Assembly: GCA_977017645.1 (NCBI GenBank)
Contig: OZ360220.1
Coordinates: 311,240,001-311,304,000 of the forward strand
Direction of reading: 5' to 3'
Length of the DNA stretch: 64,000 bases
Source: Torpedo marmorata
Taxonomy: Eukaryota
Made by a program: the position numbers and the translations under genes. How positions within the stretch are numbered: the stretch's first letter is position 1; each line of letters begins with the position of its first letter. Of this stretch, positions 41,190 to 51,085 are shown in pieces. A model generated the notes under the pieces. The model had not been told where the DNA came from, searched no databases, and was given only the letters and a program-made list of their open reading frames with translations.

Positions 41190-41868
41190 GAAGCAAGGGG
41201 ATATAACCAACCTTTTGGGCCTGAGCCCTTCGTCAAGGTATGAGCAAAAAGGCAGGCACCTGAATTAAAAAGGTGGGGTGAAGGGAAGGAAGTGGGGGGT
41301 GGGGGGAAAAGGCCAACAGGCAAGAGGTCATAGATGGATATGGGTGGGAGGGCAGAAGAGAAAAAATGATAGGGGAGAGGGTAGCTCTCTGAATGGAGAG
41401 GGAAGGGGATGGGGCGCTGGAGGAAAGGAGACAGAGGTGGCATGGTTAGCGTAGGGGTTAGCACAACACTATTACAGCACCAGCGACCTGGGTTTGAAAC
41501 CAGCAGTCTGTAAGGAGTTTGTATGTTCTCTCTATGTCTGCGTGGGTTTCCTCCAGGTGTTCCGGTTTCCTCACCCCCTTCAGAAGCATACAGGGATTGT
41601 AGGTTAATTGATGTATTTGGAGGGCACGTGCTCATGGGCCGGAAGGGCCTGTTACCATGCTGTTTTCCTTAAAAAAAAAATAGGGAAAGGCAGGGGAGGG
41701 GCCTAACAAAACTGGAGACTTCGATGTTAATGCCATCTTGTTGGAGAGCGCCCAGACGGAATATTAGGTGTTGTTCCTCCAATTTGCGGGTAGTCTCGGT
41801 TTGGCAATGCACGAGGCTATGGACAGACATGTCGGTGTGGGAAATGGGTGTGGAATTGAAATGGATGG
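41190..41868 (-). mobile_element. Penelope-like 3' fragment (continues at 55921), containing a plus-strand V-SINE at about 41437-41665
   Basis: Matches 23600-24000 in reverse. GAATTGAAATGGATGG at 41853-41868 continues as CCACTGGG at 55921. Confidence 0.72.
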
Positions 41869-42050
41869 TGTGGGGAATCGGTGTCGATCCTCAATCTGGG
41901 TTCTGGGGTGAGGTCCCAATCAGCAGTTTACTCTCCTGAGGAATGAAGAACTCCGATTTTTCTTTAGCCAATTCCCTTTATTTGAAACAGAGGCCTGTTT
42001 ACGGGTATTCCACAATGGAGACTCGTAGCGCTGTCTATCCTCCACATGCT

Positions 42051-42329
42051 TCACACGCGCTGGGATTCACTCTTCCACTGGTTCAGGTGGGCTCTGTGCA
42101 GCTTTAATTTGTCTTTCTGTCCTACTCTGGCGTTGGCTTCCTTGTAGCAGAGGATGGTGTCAACGCACTGAATATATATCGAGCTGAATGTCCCGTTCTC
42201 TGGCCAGGGGTTGGGACCTTTCTTTGTCCATTTCCTCCACTTATTCAATGTCTGGTCATAGTCTATCTGGAACAAACTCTTCATGTGCTCAGCAGGGGTT
42301 ACTGCTGCTGTCTTTTCCTGAATTGCTTC
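42051..42329 (-). pseudogene. ERV gag matrix fragment (start codon displaced to 53146-53148 by the Mag insertion)
   Basis: Reconstructed MEAIQEKTAAVTPAEHMKSLF...KWRKWTK...PWPENGTFS; WPxxGTF is a class I retroviral matrix motif. Confidence 0.65.
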
Positions 42330-42498
42330 TGTTATGTATACGCCTACAGGCGTATGACGTCATCACATCAACGTGATGACGTTCTGACTGATATATACTG
42401 TGTGGTGGGAGAACCATTTTCAGATTTGTATTAAATGACTAACAAAGCATCATGCCTTTGTCTGCAGTGTATTTCTTAACATAGAATACATGACAGAT

Positions 42499-42511
42499 TG
42501 GCGACGAGGAT
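42499..42511 (+). promoter_or_regulatory. Primer-binding site, tRNA-Ser(GCT)
   Basis: TGGCGACGAGGAT, 3 nt after the 5' LTR. Confidence 0.85.
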
Positions 42512-42659
42512 TCAAACGGACCTCCCCTGGGCTCCAGTTCTTGGAGTGAAGACTTAAAAAGGAATGTTTGCAGAATTGGCAGGAAGCCCAGAATATGTTT
42601 TTGTAAACAATAGATAAGGAAGCTTATCAGAAAGCTAAAGAAGACGACAAAAACTCAGA

Positions 42660-45600
42660 ATGGCTGAAGCACCGTTTGGAAAGTTCGTGGACTCCGAAGA
42701 AAACTGGTATGACTATGTAGAGCGATTTGATCATCACTGTCTTCCCTATAATATTACTGAGACTCCGCCATTCAACCGAAAACGATCGCTATTTCTAAGC
42801 CAGATGGGAAGTAAGACATTTCAACTGGTAAAATCTTTAATAGCACCTGAAAGACCAGGAACAAAAAGTTATGCAGAGTTGTGTGGTATAATAGGGGCAC
42901 ATCTAAGCCCCAAACCACCTGTAATGGCAGAAAGACAAAGATTTTATTTCAGAAAACAGAACAGGCGAATCAGTAAGCGAATTTTTGGCTGAATTACGTA
43001 AACTTTCACAACATTGTGAGTTTGGTGAATTCTTAACCGAAGCCTTAAGAGACCGATTAGTTATGGGTTTAGCAGACCACAGTGCCAGACAACGATTACT
43101 AAGTCAAAAACAAGTAACACTTGATTCAGCATATGATACAGCCTTGGGTTTCGAAATGGCCGATAATAACTTGGACATTAGCCAAGGCGATCCGCTAGTG
43201 GTGGGCAGATTTTACCGCCAAGAATGCTTTCGCTGCAGGAAACGCAATCACAGTCCTGATAATTGTTATTTTAAAAGATCAAAATGCCATCTGTGTGATA
43301 AACAGGGTCACATCAGATCCAAATGTCCAAGAAACAAAGGTAAAAAGGATAGAAAGAAAGGACTGAAATATGGAAAGCATTCACCCAGAGTAAGGGCGGT
43401 GGAAGAGAAGGATGAAAATACCAGCACCAGCACCAAAACAAACGACTCAGAAGAAGACAAAACAGTGCAAGTCATGTATGTTCGCGGATTGAACAATAGA
43501 AAAATTGGAATTCTACATCGAAGTGAAAATTAATAACAAACCTATTCGAATGGAGTTGGACACAGGGGCAGCAGTGTCGTTAATGCCACTATATTTAAAA
43601 AGACGACTGCTACCCCACCTCACCATTAAAGAGGTCGACACGGTGTTAAAAACAGTTACGGGGGAGAAGGTCAAGGTGTTTGGAAAAGTCAACATAAACG
43701 TGAAATATAAAGATCAAACACTGAAAAGATTAACCCTCTACATCGTTGACACCAAGGGGCCCGCGCTGTTCGGAAGGAACTGGCTGTCACACATTCAACT
43801 AGACTGGATGGAAATTGGATCCATAATGAACTTAGGCCTGGAAGATAAGGCCAAGCAAGATAAGGCCAAGCAAGAACTTGAGCCAGTTCTCAAGAAATAC
43901 CAGACGGTTTTTGAAAAAAACCTGGGAAAAATCCAAGGAGTCCAGGCAAAATTACACCTGAAGTCAGAGGTGGAACCAAAGTTCTTTAAACCCAGAACAG
44001 TACCATTTGCAATAAAAGAAAAAATTGAATCAGAACTCCAGAGATTGGAAAAAGACGGAATACTGGAAAGAATCCAATACAGCGATTGGGCAGCACCCAT
44101 CGTGCCAGTGCGCAAAGCCAAAGGAGAAATCCGAATTTGTGGTGACTACAAAGTCACCATTAACCAAGCGTTGCAAATACCGGAACATCCTATGCCTAAA
44201 GCAGAAGAATTATTCCAAGCCCTGAACGGAGGAAAGAAATTTACAAAGCTGGACTTATCACAAGCATACCAGCAAATAGAACTGGATGAAGACTCAAAAA
44301 ATATGTGGCAATCAATACTCACTTAGGGTTATTCACCTATACCCGAATGCCATATGGGATATCAGCAGCCCCGGCAATATTTCAAGCAACCATGGACAAA
44401 TTATTACATGGCATTAATGTAGGATGTTACCTCGATGATATTATAATTACAGGCCAGGACGACGCTGAACACCTATCCAACCTAGAAAAAGTCCTAACGC
44501 GATTGCAACAAGCAAACGTCCGTCTGCGCTGAGACAAGTGTGTATTTATGGTACCTTCCATAACATATTTAGGCTTTACAATTAACAGTGAAGGAGTCCG
44601 AATGGACACCGCAGGTACTGAAGCTGTCCGCAGAGCACCCTATCACACAAATTGCGCCGAATTGCAGTCGTTCCTGGGTTTGGTTAACCATTATAAAAAG
44701 CACATCCCAAATATGTCAACTCTATGCAGCCCTCTTAACCAATTATTGAGAAAAGACCAAAAATGGTGCTGGAATAAAGAGACTAGTCACGTGGTGGATC
44801 GCTTAAAAGAACTATTAACGTCATGCGACAATGTTCTCGTCCACTACCACCCAGGAAAAGAAGTGACTCTTGCGGTGGATGCTTCACCAGTAGGATTAGG
44901 AGCAGTGTTGTTACAGATAACAGAAAAAGGAGAACAACCGGTTGCTTATGCCTCCCAGTCTTTGACGCCTTGTGAACGTAATTATGCACAACTGGAAAAA
45001 GAAGGGCTGGCCATAATATTTGGTGTCAAACGATTCCACCAATACTTATATGGCAGGAAATTTACCTTAGTAACAGACAACAAACCACTAAGTTTGATTC
45101 TAGGCCCTAAAAAGGGGATACCAGTGCTAGCTGCAACAAGAATTCAAAGGTGGGCCATGATGCTCGCCGCGTATAATTACGATTTGAAACATAAACCAGC
45201 AACACAGAACAACCATGCTGATGCTCTGTCTCACTTACCACTACCAGAAACTGAACAAAAAGACGAGATAATTAAATGGACGGCGGAAGCTACAGCTATT
45301 AATCAAGAACAACTTCACCGCTTACCAATTACGGCAAAGACGATCAGCAAAGAGGTACGGAAAGAAGCTACACTATCAAAAGTCCTGTACTTCATATTAA
45401 ATGGATGGCCCGAGGCCAAAGCTATTTCTGAAGAGCTAAGACCTTATTATACACGACGGCAGGAGATCAATTGAAGAAGGTTGTTTATTGTGGGGAACCA
45501 GAACAATCATCCCTACAAACTGGCAAACGGCCATGTTATCCGAACTCCATAACAACCACCCCGGGATGGTTCGGATGAAGGCATTGGGACGTATGCATGT

Positions 45601-45702
45601 CTGGTGGCCCTCAATAGGCATTGATATTGAACAAACAGTAAGAAGATGTGGCATTTGTCAAGACATGCAACCCAAAGCTCCTCAAGCCGAAGCTAATCCA
45701 TG
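42660..45702 (+). pseudogene. Mag gag-PR-RT-RH and integrase N-terminus (frameshifted)
   Basis: CFRCRKRNHSPDNC, CHLCDKQGHIRSKC, MELDTGA, WAAPIV, CGDYK, YLDD, VDASPVG, YAQLEKE, LHNNHPG...CGIC. Confidence 0.92.
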
Positions 45703-46350
45703 TATTACGGTGACTTCGATCCAACAATAGTCACCTGGAGGCTAAGTGAGATACTTGTCTTTGACGCGTTTTAATTAATTTACTAACAAAGTCCAATATG
45801 TTCAAAACCTTTATTTACATAAGTGACTTGCAGTAATCTTCAATGACTTTAATATAAACAGTTCTTGTAAACGATGTATGATGAGTTCCTTTAAATAATT
45901 CTTTAAACAATTCCAAAACTATATGAAACACTGTAGAACGATGTAAAAGTTATAAAAACGATATAAAAACGGTCAATAAAGATGTGGAGACCTCACTCAC
46001 CCTCCAAACATCTTATTCCTTTCCTTTTTTCTATCTCTATTCTTGATTTGCGCATGCCCATTAGCTCCTAAACCACTGCGCATCCTACCCCGCGCATACT
46101 ACATTTCACAGACTGCAACGCGCACAATGACGTCACTCCACACTGCGCACGCGCCCGTCGGCACTCCTGCGCATGCGCAGAGCAAAGAACGGGCCGACGA
46201 CGGCCTACAGAACAACGCGAGCGCTCCATGGCCCGACGTGGCCTCGGAGCGCTCCGAGGACGGCCAACAGAACAACGCGAGCGCTCCAAGGCCCGACGAG
46301 ACATCGGAGCGCCGCAACAACGGTAAGTTAACGAGCCTATGGCTCTTACA
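45703..46350 (-). repeat. 3' LTR of the BEL/Pao element
   Basis: Minus strand TGTAAG...CGTAATA; CpG-rich U3 with a 60-bp tandem repeat; AATAAA. Confidence 0.92.
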
Positions 46351-46554
46351 CCGGCCCCTAATTATTATAATTAGATGTAATGTCTTGAATAATAATTACA
46401 CTATAAATTATAAATAACAATAACCATAACATTCAAAACAATACAAATCTTCTTTCTTCCTTCTTCATAAATCTAGAGTTTACCATAACTCTGATTCAAC
46501 AAAAGTCTGTAACCTGTGAAATATACAACAACAAATAAAGTCAGTTTATATTTA

Positions 46555-46745
46555 TCAAAGTTCCTCTGTCTCCAACAAAAGACAGACCTTGTTAATAGGT
46601 CTGTTTAGAAAACCAATCTTAGTTTTAATTCACACTTGACGCACAAGTCCTCTTTGTCTTGAAAAGTCTCAATAATTTTTTTTTTTAAGTAACCAGGAGT
46701 TTCTTGAAGTTGAATTATCCATAATAATCACAATGTCTCTTTAAA
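46555..46745 (-). pseudogene. Relic of the BEL integrase C-terminal tail
   Basis: Broken frames read DIVIIMDNSTSRNSWLL..IIETF..KRGLVRQV*IKTKIGFLNRPINKVCLLLE, the typical BEL/Pao pol C-terminus. Confidence 0.75.
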
Positions 46746-46776
46746 GTTCTTTTATCTTCAAATCTGAGTTAAAACG

Positions 46777-49700
46777 TCAATCAGTAAACCTCAAATCTTC
46801 TTCAGACAAAATAGATACAGTTTTCCTTTTGAATTTAACATGAGGCACTTCTTCAGCATGTCGTTTCACTTTATTCCTTTCTTCAGTATTCCACTTCTCA
46901 TGTGAAGAATTTAAACTCTTAGAATTAGAATTTGAATATTTATCTGATCCTTTCGATTTTAAACAGGTCTGTTTAACCACTCTGGTTTCTATCGCTCTTT
47001 CCTGCAATTCTAAATCCAATTTTGCAACTTTCAAATCAGTCTCAGCTCCTTCCGAGAAATTAATAATTTGATCTGAAGTCAAAATATCATGTGATACATG
47101 GATATTTCCATTGTCAATCCTGTTGCGGCAAACTTGAAACTTTTTAATTTCTTCATCTTGTTTGTTACATTTCTGCAATGCAATATCACATTCTTTCTGC
47201 ATTGTTAATTGTTGAACATTCAATTTACATTCTTGATTGGTTTTTAAAGTCAACTTTTTTGAGTTATTAACCAATAACTTGTTCTCTTTTAAAACATTAA
47301 TCTCTTCCTCCAACCTTTTACATTTTGATAATGCTGAATCTCTTTCCTCAATAACTGTATTCATTTCTTCAGCAGTTATTCTTTTCTTCCGCTTTCTGAC
47401 TTTGCGAGTTTTACTTACAATTAAATCCTTTTGTTTACTGTTTTCTTGATTATCTAATATTTCCAATTCTCCTTTCAACATTTTGTTCTCTGGATTCAAT
47501 TGCATTAAATTATCATTCACATTATTCTTTATTCCATCAGCACAATTTTCTGTGTTTTCCAGTTTTACATCACATTGCAATATTTCTTCATTAGCTTTGT
47601 CTGTTGTAATCTCTGAACTACAAAATCTACATTCAGATTTGTTTTCAGTCACTTGTTTTATTCCTGTATTTGATTCAATTACACATGAATGATCAATAGT
47701 ATTATTTGCAATATCTTCTAATACTTCACTTTCATCCATTTCTGACGAAATTGATTCCTTCAATGTTGTTTTAAATACCATTGATTTATTTTCACATTGA
47801 TCTGTTTTCTTTTCTTCAAAAGTGATTTTCTTATTCACAGTTTTTTGCTCTTCGCTTAACTCTTCAACTTTCTCAACCGAAATTCTATTAATATTTATCG
47901 CTACCTGTTCCTGAGCAATATCATTATTTCTTTCCATTGGTCCATTGATTGCCCAACCAAGCATGGTTCTAATAGCGTAAGGTCCATTCCTTTTACTCTC
48001 TATTACTTCTTTTGGTACCAAAACCTTTGGCACATCTGAACCAATCAGCATTTCTATCTCAGAATTAATTTCAGGTAAATATACCTTCCACAGATAAGCT
48101 AAATGATGAATATCCCTTTGATGAGGAATATTTCCTTCATTCACAGGCATCGTTTTCTGAGTATATACACTTGGAAGATCACAAAATTTTTTGTCATCCA
48201 ATCCAGCAACCTCTAAGCCTGAAACAATGTTAGTTTCAACAACCTTTTCTTGTCCCATGGTTTTTAACATAATTCTTGATCTTTTTCCTTGAATATTAAG
48301 TTTATTCATTAGTCCTTCCGTGCAAAAAGATGCAGTGCTGCCTGGGTCTAGAAATGCATATGTTTTTACTATTACATCCCCTTTCTTGGCCTTGACTTGT
48401 ACAGGCACTATTGAAAGTTTGCAGTTATCCACACCGGCCCCAGTAAGACCACTTGTCTGAACCGAGGTTATAACATTATTTTCTGTTGTTTCCTTTGTTT
48501 CTGTTTGCTCCTTTTCCAATTCCTTGTTTCTGTTATGGATATGCAAAATTCTAGGATGTTTCAAATTGCATATGTTACAATTAATTCGCTTCTCGCAGTT
48601 TTTACTGATGTGCCCTTTACACAGACAGCTAAAACATATTCCATTTTCCTTTAAGAAAGCGATCTTTTCCTTATGTTCCTTCTTTTCCAATCCTAAACAC
48701 ATTTCTAAAGTATGTCCACCTTTACAGAACAAACAACTCTTTTTATTAGGCAAACTTTCCTTTTCCTTATTTATAACTGACACATTAGTAGCAAATGTAC
48801 TCCTTTTCACTTTCGGACTAGACAGTGTGTTAAACTTCCTTACATCTTTGCCCATTGAATTATCTCTGGCATTTCCATATAGTGGATCTGTTTCAACGTA
48901 CACCCGTCGTTCAAGAAAATTTACCAAATCCTTTAAGGTAGTTTTTCGACCGTAATCTACTTGTAAATCACAAGCCAAATCTCTCCATCTATCCCATAAC
49001 TTGTAAGGTAATTTTTCTAAGATGATTCGCATATTACTATGTACTTCAAGCTCACGAATATTATCGATTTCTTCCATAGCATTACAACATCCTCTTAAAA
49101 ACAAAGTATATTCTTGCAGAGCCTTTACATCATTTTGTTTTATTGATGTCCATTTAAGAGCTTTATCCATATAAGCTAAAGCAATTCGATGTTTGTTGCC
49201 AAAATATTGTTCCAATAAAGCCTTAGCTTTGTCTAATCCTCTTTTTGAAGACATTTGTTTACAACTCTTTACCAGTTCTTTTGGATGTCCCTTTGTGAAC
49301 ATTTCCAAATAATAAAGACATTTATCACGATCTTGGCATTTATCTTCAATATTGCGTTTGAAAGATCTCATAAATGATTGATATTGAAGTGGATCACCAT
49401 CAAAAGTTTGTATCTCTTTCTTGGGTAAAGAAGAGAGAGACTGTAACTGAAACAATGATGCAGCAGTTTCATTCTGTCTTTCCTTGGATGACAATACATT
49501 GCTCTGTTCACCGTCTCTTGTTGCATGTAATGTATCTGGAAACCTCACTGGTGTAGTTTCTTCCATATTTCTGATGCTTGACTCACATAACAAAGAAGCT
49601 ACTTCGTTCGACCGAACCCAAGCCGCAGCTTTGCTTTCAGATGTTACTATTGGTACATGTGACTCGATACCAATATGCTCTTGAAAGGTTTGTCCTTGTA

Positions 49701-50637
49701 TATGTAAGTTTTGTATCCTTGGTTCTAAAATATCTATTCTTTTGGTTGGTTTCTTTTCCTGTGACTCCTTTTTTAAATATGACCTTTTATTATCAGACAA
49801 TTTAGATAATTTACTGCTAGCACCAGATACCATTGAGCCTTTTATTGCTTTCTTTTTTGCCTTGGCAATAGCAATGTTTGCTTCCAGCTCCTGCTGTTCT
49901 TTTATCTGCCTTAGCTGCTCTTTCTCTTGTCTTAGCTGCTCCATTAGCTGCTTCTCATTTTGTCTTAGCTGCTCCTTTAGCTGTTTCTCATTTTGTCTTA
50001 GCTGCTCCTCCTCTTGTCTTAGCTGCTCCTTTAGCTGCTCCTCCTTTTGTCTTAGCTGCTCCTTTAGCTGCTCCTCCTTTTGTTTTATCTGCTCCTCCTT
50101 TTGTTCTAAAATATGTTTCTCCTTAAGCGTTTTTTGTTGTGCAAAAAGAGCGGCCAAGTCAACTTCAATCTTTGTACGTGACGATGCAGAACTTGAAGTA
50201 CGAGAAACTCTGGAGCTCGAACCAGAACTTCTTTTGCTTCTCCTGCTTTCAGCATTTGAGACACTGTCACTTGCTTGTATTTCGTCCTGCAGTTCATATG
50301 TTGTCTTCATACTTACCTCTTTATCCAATTCGAATTGTATATCCTTTGCATCTTCAACCACTTCAATTTCTTCATCATTTGTTGACACAATTTCAGCCAT
50401 TTCCATTTTATCTTCTTGTTCAACTAATGAAGCTGCCTCTTCATCCTTTGCCAGCTTCAATCTTTCGATAAGAACCTTTTTATTTCCACTTATGTCCTTT
50501 TTCAGTCGCTTCAATTCTTCTTTAATATCCGAGACCTTCATGTCTTCAATACGTTGGTCCTCAACCGCAACATCAACGGTTGCTGCGTCAGCTGCTGATA
50601 CATCAGTAGATGCTGTATCAGAGGCTGCTGCGGCCAT
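46777..50637 (-). CDS. Intact chimeric BEL polyprotein: SAP domain, coiled coil, gag, triple zinc knuckle, protease, MIPOL1-like coiled coil
   Basis: Uninterrupted ORF with likely ATG at 50637 (aaaATGGcc). FDGDPLQY...F gag core; CLFCKGGH...C, CFSCLCKGH...C, CNICNLKH...LH knuckles; AFLDPGS protease. Confidence 0.88.
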   Translation of the reverse strand: MAAAASDTASTDVSAADAATVDVAVEDQRIEDMKVSDIKEELKRLKKDISGNKKVLIERLKLAKDEEAASLVEQEDKMEMAEIVSTNDEEIEVVEDAKDIQFELDKEVSMKTTYELQDEIQASDSVSNAESRRSKRSSGSSSRVSRTSSSASSRTKIEVDLAALFAQQKTLKEKHILEQKEEQIKQKEEQLKEQLRQKEEQLKEQLRQEEEQLRQNEKQLKEQLRQNEKQLMEQLRQEKEQLRQIKEQQELEANIAIAKAKKKAIKGSMVSGASSKLSKLSDNKRSYLKKESQEKKPTKRIDILEPRIQNLHIQGQTFQEHIGIESHVPIVTSESKAAAWVRSNEVASLLCESSIRNMEETTPVRFPDTLHATRDGEQSNVLSSKERQNETAASLFQLQSLSSLPKKEIQTFDGDPLQYQSFMRSFKRNIEDKCQDRDKCLYYLEMFTKGHPKELVKSCKQMSSKRGLDKAKALLEQYFGNKHRIALAYMDKALKWTSIKQNDVKALQEYTLFLRGCCNAMEEIDNIRELEVHSNMRIILEKLPYKLWDRWRDLACDLQVDYGRKTTLKDLVNFLERRVYVETDPLYGNARDNSMGKDVRKFNTLSSPKVKRSTFATNVSVINKEKESLPNKKSCLFCKGGHTLEMCLGLEKKEHKEKIAFLKENGICFSCLCKGHISKNCEKRINCNICNLKHPRILHIHNRNKELEKEQTETKETTENNVITSVQTSGLTGAGVDNCKLSIVPVQVKAKKGDVIVKTYAFLDPGSTASFCTEGLMNKLNIQGKRSRIMLKTMGQEKVVETNIVSGLEVAGLDDKKFCDLPSVYTQKTMPVNEGNIPHQRDIHHLAYLWKVYLPEINSEIEMLIGSDVPKVLVPKEVIESKRNGPYAIRTMLGWAINGPMERNNDIAQEQVAININRISVEKVEELSEEQKTVNKKITFEEKKTDQCENKSMVFKTTLKESISSEMDESEVLEDIANNTIDHSCVIESNTGIKQVTENKSECRFCSSEITTDKANEEILQCDVKLENTENCADGIKNNVNDNLMQLNPENKMLKGELEILDNQENSKQKDLIVSKTRKVRKRKKRITAEEMNTVIEERDSALSKCKRLEEEINVLKENKLLVNNSKKLTLKTNQECKLNVQQLTMQKECDIALQKCNKQDEEIKKFQVCRNRIDNGNIHVSHDILTSDQIINFSEGAETDLKVAKLDLELQERAIETRVVKQTCLKSKGSDKYSNSNSKSLNSSHEKWNTEERNKVKRHAEEVPHVKFKRKTVSILSEEDLRFTD

Positions 50638-51072
50638 TTTACTCGTCTTGTTCCTCTTTCCTTCAAGCATACACAACACTAGCCAAACAACAGTCCCCAA
50701 TGGACCAGCGGCAGCAATTCCAATCTGTGTTCTTACTTGCTAAAGATACACAGAAGGAGTCCACAGACTTATGCCTACCACTTCAAATGACTGTAATGTG
50801 CTGCAATCCACAAACGAGTTTCAACCACAACATCCGTCAACAATATCTCTAATTTTCCAAAAATAGTTTCTCCAACGTATTTATAGGACACTTTACTATA
50901 AGATTTGAAGCTTTAAATCCCTCTCTGGCTGTTATTCATGGCAGATGGATGTGGATTACAAACTGCCCCCAACTCGAGGCATCTCCAAGATAGCCACCAT
51001 TTTATATCAGTCCAAAGCACAGAGAGATTATTCTATCTTCTTTCTTTCAAACTTCTGTTCCAAACAGCCAGC

Positions 51073-51083
51073 TCTTTATTGAC
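51073..51083 (-). promoter_or_regulatory. Putative self-priming primer-binding site (GTCAATAAAGA)
   Basis: Starts 2 nt after the 5' LTR, has no TGG, and is the exact complement of the LTR 11-mer at 51355-51365. Confidence 0.65.
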
Positions 51084-51085
51084 TA

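Noticed and set aside
34300-41200. ATG12, the head-to-head neighbour of AP3S1 in mammals
   Set aside because: I found no ATG12-like exon (such as LLKAVGDTPIMK) by eye; absence is not proven without tBLASTn.
46199-46320. CRISPR-like repeat-spacer pattern
   Set aside because: Two tandem 60-bp units inside a eukaryotic LTR, with no unique spacers or cas genes.
46043-46417. Recurrent short ORFs in LTRs (also 51426-51707, 58083-58397, 1515-2061, 7379-8075)
   Set aside because: They recur only because the LTRs are duplicated; frames differ between copies and no protein motifs are present.
49742-50743. 333-aa plus-strand ORF rich in Ser/Cys/Phe
   Set aside because: Antisense shadow of the repetitive BEL gag frame.
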